Of a DNA stretch of 64,000 nucleotides, positions 59,316 through 64,000 are shown in pieces (the first letter of the stretch is position 1; every line of letters begins with the position of its first letter). Where the stretch lies: assembly GCA_944322335.1 (NCBI GenBank), contig CALUOU010000003.1:722-64721 (forward strand), read 5' to 3'. The notes under the pieces were generated by a model. The model was not told where the DNA came from. It searched no databases and saw nothing but the letters and a program-made list of their open reading frames with translations. The position numbers were made by a program, and so were the translations under genes. This stretch comes from an uncultured Bacteroides sp. (GTDB lineage Bacteria; Bacteroidota; Bacteroidia; Bacteroidales; Bacteroidaceae).

Positions 59316-60272
59316 ATGAAAAATATTTTGGTGATAGGGGCCACCGGACAAATAGGTTCGGAACTTACGTTGGAATTGCGCAAACGCTATGGGAATGACC
59401 ATGTGATAGCGGGTTATATTCCCAGTTCTATGCCCCAAGGAGAGTTGAAAGCATCAGGACCTTCAGCCATTGCCGATGTGACCGACCGTCAGTCCATTGA
59501 GGTGGTGGCTCGTCAGTTCAAGGTGGATACCATCTACAATCTGGCCGCTTTGTTGTCTGTTGTGGCGGAAAGCCGTCCGGCCATGGCATGGAAAATCGGG
59601 ATAGATGGGCTGTGGAATGTGTTGGAAGTAGCCCGTGAGTATGGATGTGCGGTGTTCACTCCCAGTTCTATTGGATCGTTTGGAGTGTCGACTCCTCATG
59701 TCAAGACACCGCAGGACACCATTCAGCGTCCGCGTACCATGTATGGAGTGACAAAGGTGACGACCGAATTGCTGAGCGACTATTATTTTACTAAGTATGG
59801 TGTAGACACTCGTGCAGTGCGTTTTCCTGGCATTATTTCCAATGTGACTCCTCCAGGAGGGGGCACGACCGATTATGCGGTGGACATTTATTATTCGGCT
59901 GTGAAAGGCGAGAAATTTATATGTCCGTTGCGGCCGGATACCTTTATGGACATGATGTATATGCCCGACGCTTTGCATGCCGCCATTTCACTGATGGAGG
60001 CGGATCCAGCCCGGCTGATACATCGGAACGCTTTCAACATCGCTTCCATGAGCTTTTCGCCCGAAATCATTTATGCGGAGATCAGGAAACATATTCCCGA
60101 TTTTGAAATGGAATATCAGGTGGATCCTTTGAAACAAGCCATTGCTGACAGCTGGCCGGATTCATTGGACGATACTTGTGCCCGTGAGGAATGGGCCTGG
60201 AAACCCCGCTATGATTTGGAGACTATGACGGTGGATATGCTGGAAAAACTGAAGAATAAACTAACCAAGTGA
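59316..60272 (+). CDS. SDR-type L-threonine 3-dehydrogenase (NAD-dependent epimerase family)
   Basis: GATGQIG, MYGVTK and GGGTTDYAV. Divergent from kbl. Confidence 0.85.
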   Translation: MKNILVIGATGQIGSELTLELRKRYGNDHVIAGYIPSSMPQGELKASGPSAIADVTDRQSIEVVARQFKVDTIYNLAALLSVVAESRPAMAWKIGIDGLWNVLEVAREYGCAVFTPSSIGSFGVSTPHVKTPQDTIQRPRTMYGVTKVTTELLSDYYFTKYGVDTRAVRFPGIISNVTPPGGGTTDYAVDIYYSAVKGEKFICPLRPDTFMDMMYMPDALHAAISLMEADPARLIHRNAFNIASMSFSPEIIYAEIRKHIPDFEMEYQVDPLKQAIADSWPDSLDDTCAREEWAWKPRYDLETMTVDMLEKLKNKLTK

Positions 60273-60289
60273 GCAGAGTCCGATAAGCG

Positions 60290-61153
60290 ATGAAACAAGT
60301 AGTTTGGGGATTCTTGCTGCTGTTGGCGGTATGCTCCTCCTGTAGAGAGAAAAAGGTTAAACAGCCGTTTTCGGCTATAACGGAAATGGTGGATTCTGCC
60401 TCGTGGAAGCAGAAGCGGAAAGCGGATACTGTGCCTGTGGCAAAGCCAGAAGAAGCGCCTCATCCTATTGAGGCGGATGAGCTGTTCGATGATTTTATTT
60501 TCAACTATGCTGCGGACGATAACCTCCAGCGACAGCGTACCATTTTCCCTTTACCTTATTATGATGAAGATACGCCCCTGAAGATAGAAGAGAAGGACTG
60601 GAAACATGACCATTTATTTTCCAATCAAAACTATTACACTCTGCTTTTCGACAATGAGGCCGATATGGATTTAGTGGGCGATACTTCTTTGACTTCTGTG
60701 CAGGTGGAGTGGATTTTGCTGCGGGAACATAAGGTGAAAAAGTACTATTTCGAACGCATCAAAGGTATGTGGATGCTGGAGGCTGTCAATGTGCGGCCAG
60801 TGGAGGAAGATGAAAACGAGAACTTTGTGGATTTCTACGTCCGTTTCGCTTCCGACAGTGTGTACCAGCGTCAGCATGTACGCAAGCCCCTGTTGTTTAT
60901 TACCTTGGATCCCGATGATGAGTTTTCCATTTTGGAGACAACGTTGGACATTGATCAGTGGTTTGCGTTTCGGCCTGCTTTGCCCACAGACAGTCTGTCT
61001 AACATCAATTACGGGCAGAAAAACGAGGATCTGTCCGAGTCGAAAATTCTGAAAGTGAACGGCATTGGAAACGGATACTCCAATATTTTCTATTTCAGAA
61101 AACGTGGAGGAAAGGAATGGGAGTTATATAAATATGAGGATACAAGCATTTAG
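60290..61153 (+). CDS. DUF4348-like lipoprotein
   Basis: Lipobox CSSC and two repeats of the E.F.DF...FA.D...QRQ..PL type. Confidence 0.7.
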   Translation: MKQVVWGFLLLLAVCSSCREKKVKQPFSAITEMVDSASWKQKRKADTVPVAKPEEAPHPIEADELFDDFIFNYAADDNLQRQRTIFPLPYYDEDTPLKIEEKDWKHDHLFSNQNYYTLLFDNEADMDLVGDTSLTSVQVEWILLREHKVKKYYFERIKGMWMLEAVNVRPVEEDENENFVDFYVRFASDSVYQRQHVRKPLLFITLDPDDEFSILETTLDIDQWFAFRPALPTDSLSNINYGQKNEDLSESKILKVNGIGNGYSNIFYFRKRGGKEWELYKYEDTSI

Positions 61154-61253
61154 GACTTATCGCCTGTTCTCCGCATGACGGTCGGCTCTCAAGATCCCTT
61201 CGGGCAAGATATGCTTGAGTCTGATGTCTTACTTATATACAATTTTTATTTTT

Positions 61254-62243
61254 ATGGATAGACAAATACCTAATACATTTGGTTTGAAGGTGAAAGCCCG
61301 CCATTGGCTGGAATACCGTTCAGAGGAAGAGTTGGAAACATGGATAAGGGAAGGCCGTATCACATCTCCTTATTTTCATATAGGCGGGGGAAGCAACCTG
61401 CTGTTTCTCAACGATTATGAGGGGACGATTCTGCATTCGGCTATTCGCGACATGGAAATTTTGTCGGAAGACGATGCCAAGGTGTTGGTTCGTGTGGGTG
61501 CGGGAATTGTCTGGGACGACTTTGTTGCCATTTGTGTGGAGCGTGGTTGGTATGGGGTCGAAAACTTGTCTGGCATTCCGGGTGAGGTAGGAGCCAGTGC
61601 CGTGCAGAACATCGGAGCATACGGGGTGGAGGTGAAAGATCTGATTTATCAAGTGGAGACCTTCAATATGAATGGTGAGAAAAAGGTTTATGAAGCTGGC
61701 CAATGTGAATACGCCTATCGGGACAGCCTCTTCAAGAAGCAGGAGATGAAACACGTGTTTGTGACCTATGTTCGTTTCTGTCTGAGCAAGCAGGAACATT
61801 ATTCTTTGGGCTACGGCACCTTGCTTCAGGAGGTGCAAGCCCAAGGCCGGTGTGATTTGCGGACGATCCGTGAGACCGTTCTGGCTGTCCGTAACCGAAA
61901 ATTGCCGGATCCTGGCCAGTTGGGAAATGCGGGAAGCTTCTTCAAGAATCCATTGGTGCCGCAAGCGCAGTTTGATTCCTTGCTTCAGATCTATCCGAAC
62001 ATGCCTCATTATCCTGCGGGAGAAGGGTTGGTTAAACTTCCGGCCGGTTGGCTGATAGAGCAGTGTGGCTGGAAGGGTAAAAATCAAGGAGCGGCAGGCG
62101 TGTATGAGAAGCAAGCCTTGGTGCTGGTCAATCGGGGAGGGGCTGACGGAAGGGAGATTATGGCTTTGGCTCAGGCTGTGCAAGCTTCTGTTTACCGGAA
62201 ATTTGGAGTGAGGATCTCTCCTGAAGTGAATGTGATAGCATGA
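61254..62243 (+). CDS. murB: UDP-N-acetylmuramate dehydrogenase
   Basis: NTFG, GGGSNLLF, IPGEVGASAVQNIGAYG and NAGSFFKNP motifs. Confidence 0.96.
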   Translation: MDRQIPNTFGLKVKARHWLEYRSEEELETWIREGRITSPYFHIGGGSNLLFLNDYEGTILHSAIRDMEILSEDDAKVLVRVGAGIVWDDFVAICVERGWYGVENLSGIPGEVGASAVQNIGAYGVEVKDLIYQVETFNMNGEKKVYEAGQCEYAYRDSLFKKQEMKHVFVTYVRFCLSKQEHYSLGYGTLLQEVQAQGRCDLRTIRETVLAVRNRKLPDPGQLGNAGSFFKNPLVPQAQFDSLLQIYPNMPHYPAGEGLVKLPAGWLIEQCGWKGKNQGAAGVYEKQALVLVNRGGADGREIMALAQAVQASVYRKFGVRISPEVNVIA

Positions 62244-62327
62244 GCTTATAAGCTGACAAGTGGCTGTTTTTAGTCTATAAGTGCCTTATAGCTCAAAAAC
62301 TTACAAAAAAGATTATTTGGATAGCGG

Positions 62328-63092
62328 ATGAAACTGAGAATATTAGGAAGCGGAACTTCTACTGGGGTGCCCGAAATCGGGTGTCGGTGTGCGGTCTGCT
62401 CATCGAATGATAAGCGTGACAACCGCTTGCGCACCTCAGCTTGGGTGCATACAGCCGATGCTGATTTGCTGATCGACTGTGGGCCGGATTTTAGGGAACA
62501 GATGTTGCGTATGGAGTCTTTCAGGCCCATCCAGGGTGTGCTGGTCACGCATGAGCATTATGATCATGTCGGAGGATTGGATGACCTTCGTCCTTTCTGT
62601 AAATTTGGTGAGATACCTGTGTATGCGGACACTTATACAGCCGGACATCTGCGGGCGAGGATGCCTTATTGCTTTGTTGAACGCAAGTATCCGGGCGTTC
62701 CGCGTATCTGTTTGAAAGAGGTTCAGGCAGGCATTCCTTTTCAAGTGAACCAAACGGAGGTAATGCCCCTCAGGGTGATGCATGGCCGGATGCCCATATT
62801 GGGTTACCGGATAGACGGAAAGCTGGGATACGTGACTGACATGTCTGCGATGCCTGATGAGTCATACGAATTGCTGAAGGGGGTTGAGGTGTTGGTTATG
62901 AACGCTTTGCGGCCTCAGCCTCACCCTACTCACCAGAGCTTGTCAGAAGCGGTGGAAGCGGCTCGCAGGGTGGAAGCCAGACAAACTTACTTCATTCATA
63001 TGAGTCATCATGCCGGTCTGCACGCAGAGATCGACCGTCAATTGCCACCAGATATGCATTTCGCTTACGATGGGATGGAAATAGATATCTAA
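62328..63092 (+). CDS. MBL-fold metallo-hydrolase (PhnP-like)
   Basis: GSGTSTGVP.IGC.C.VC and THEHYDH motifs. Confidence 0.9.
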   Translation: MKLRILGSGTSTGVPEIGCRCAVCSSNDKRDNRLRTSAWVHTADADLLIDCGPDFREQMLRMESFRPIQGVLVTHEHYDHVGGLDDLRPFCKFGEIPVYADTYTAGHLRARMPYCFVERKYPGVPRICLKEVQAGIPFQVNQTEVMPLRVMHGRMPILGYRIDGKLGYVTDMSAMPDESYELLKGVEVLVMNALRPQPHPTHQSLSEAVEAARRVEARQTYFIHMSHHAGLHAEIDRQLPPDMHFAYDGMEIDI

Positions 63093-63163
63093 ACTTTTTG
63101 AATATTTCTTTTGTTTTTTTAATAGAAATGTCTATTTTTGCCGAAACTTGTCGATAGAGGATC

Positions 63164-64000
63164 ATGAAGTTTCGGTATCTTATACGAATTGTAGTCATTG
63201 CGTGCATCGTTTTGCTGTGTGCAGGGTTTGGAGTCTACTCCTATTGGCGTTTGAGTGCGGCAGATAGGGGGAAGGATTTCAATCTCTATGCGTTGGTTCC
63301 CCAAGATGCCATTGCAGTGCTGGAGACAGACCGCATGGCCAATCTGGTGGAAGAGGTCAACCAGTTGGCATGCAGCAAAGACAACCATTTCCTCTATATT
63401 TCGGAGCTTTTTGTCTATTTGAAGAAATATCTGTATTTGCTGGTGGATGATACTCCCCATGGTCTGAGCAAACAGATGAATAAGATGCTTATCAGCTTTC
63501 ACGAACCGGATAATCCCGTCAATCAGGTCTTATATTGCAGCTTGGGGGAAGGAGACGCCGCACTGGTGGAGAATTTCATGCGGAAATATTGCTCCAATGT
63601 GTTTCCTTCGAAAGAGCAGGAATACAAAGGGGAGAAAATATTGCTTTATGCCATGGCCGATGGGCGGACGCTGGCTGTTTATTTTACACCCGAATTCTTG
63701 GTAGCCAGTTTCCAAAGCCGGCTGGTAGAGCAGGTGATAGATGCTTATCAGAGCAAAAGTTCATTGATGGAACTGGCTTCGTTCAAGCGGATGTATGCGA
63801 GCGATCCTATGAATGTTTCGGCTACAATCTACATGCGCATGCGTTCTATTGAGATGGGGAAAAAGGCGGACGAGCTGCATTCGGAGGCACGTTTAGGCAG
63901 CTGGGCGGAATTTGACCTTCAGCTGAACGAGGATGCCATCTATTGTTCCGGGGTCAGTTATGGATCCGACACTACCCGCACTTTTATGAATGCTTTGAAA
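63164..64000 (+). CDS. DUF3352-like membrane-anchored protein (runs off the window edge)
   Basis: My translation reads MKFRYLIRIVVIACIVLLCAGFGVYSYW...NLYALVPQDAIAVLETD. It is absent from the track, consistent with having no stop in the window. Confidence 0.7.
   Translation, partial: MKFRYLIRIVVIACIVLLCAGFGVYSYWRLSAADRGKDFNLYALVPQDAIAVLETDRMANLVEEVNQLACSKDNHFLYISELFVYLKKYLYLLVDDTPHGLSKQMNKMLISFHEPDNPVNQVLYCSLGEGDAALVENFMRKYCSNVFPSKEQEYKGEKILLYAMADGRTLAVYFTPEFLVASFQSRLVEQVIDAYQSKSSLMELASFKRMYASDPMNVSATIYMRMRSIEMGKKADELHSEARLGSWAEFDLQLNEDAIYCSGVSYGSDTTRTFMNALK

Overview
This is a Bacteroidales (Bacteroidaceae-like) chromosomal window, judged from TAnnTTTG promoters and Bacteroides-type gene content. 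Most of it is housekeeping: rpsA, rnz, rho, tilS, pyrBI, glyA, uxaBC, rng, bS22, HU, mutY, ssb, gldE, lipB, kbl, murB and two two-component systems. Two accessory parts stand out. (1) A minus-strand polysaccharide locus at 1-9160: stand-alone receiver, receiver-fused priming sugar transferase, TolC, GumC/Wzc-like, Wzy/ligase and glycosyltransferases. (2) An AT-rich island at about 35.0-45.5 kb holding an internally deleted IS4-family element and a candidate RiPP cluster: a double-glycine-leader precursor with nine Cys in CxxxC repeats, a radical SAM/SPASM maturase, an outer-membrane beta-barrel, a LanC-like protein with no dehydratase, a GT7-like glycosyltransferase and a GT14-methyltransferase fusion. 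The RiPP cluster is the best candidate for an undescribed system. Non-coding signals include a thrice-repeated ECF-type promoter motif, three unrelated palindromic arrays sharing a 22-bp period, a dispersed repeat and several structured leaders. No rRNA, tRNA or CRISPR array was recognised. All product calls come from motif recognition by eye; no searches were run.
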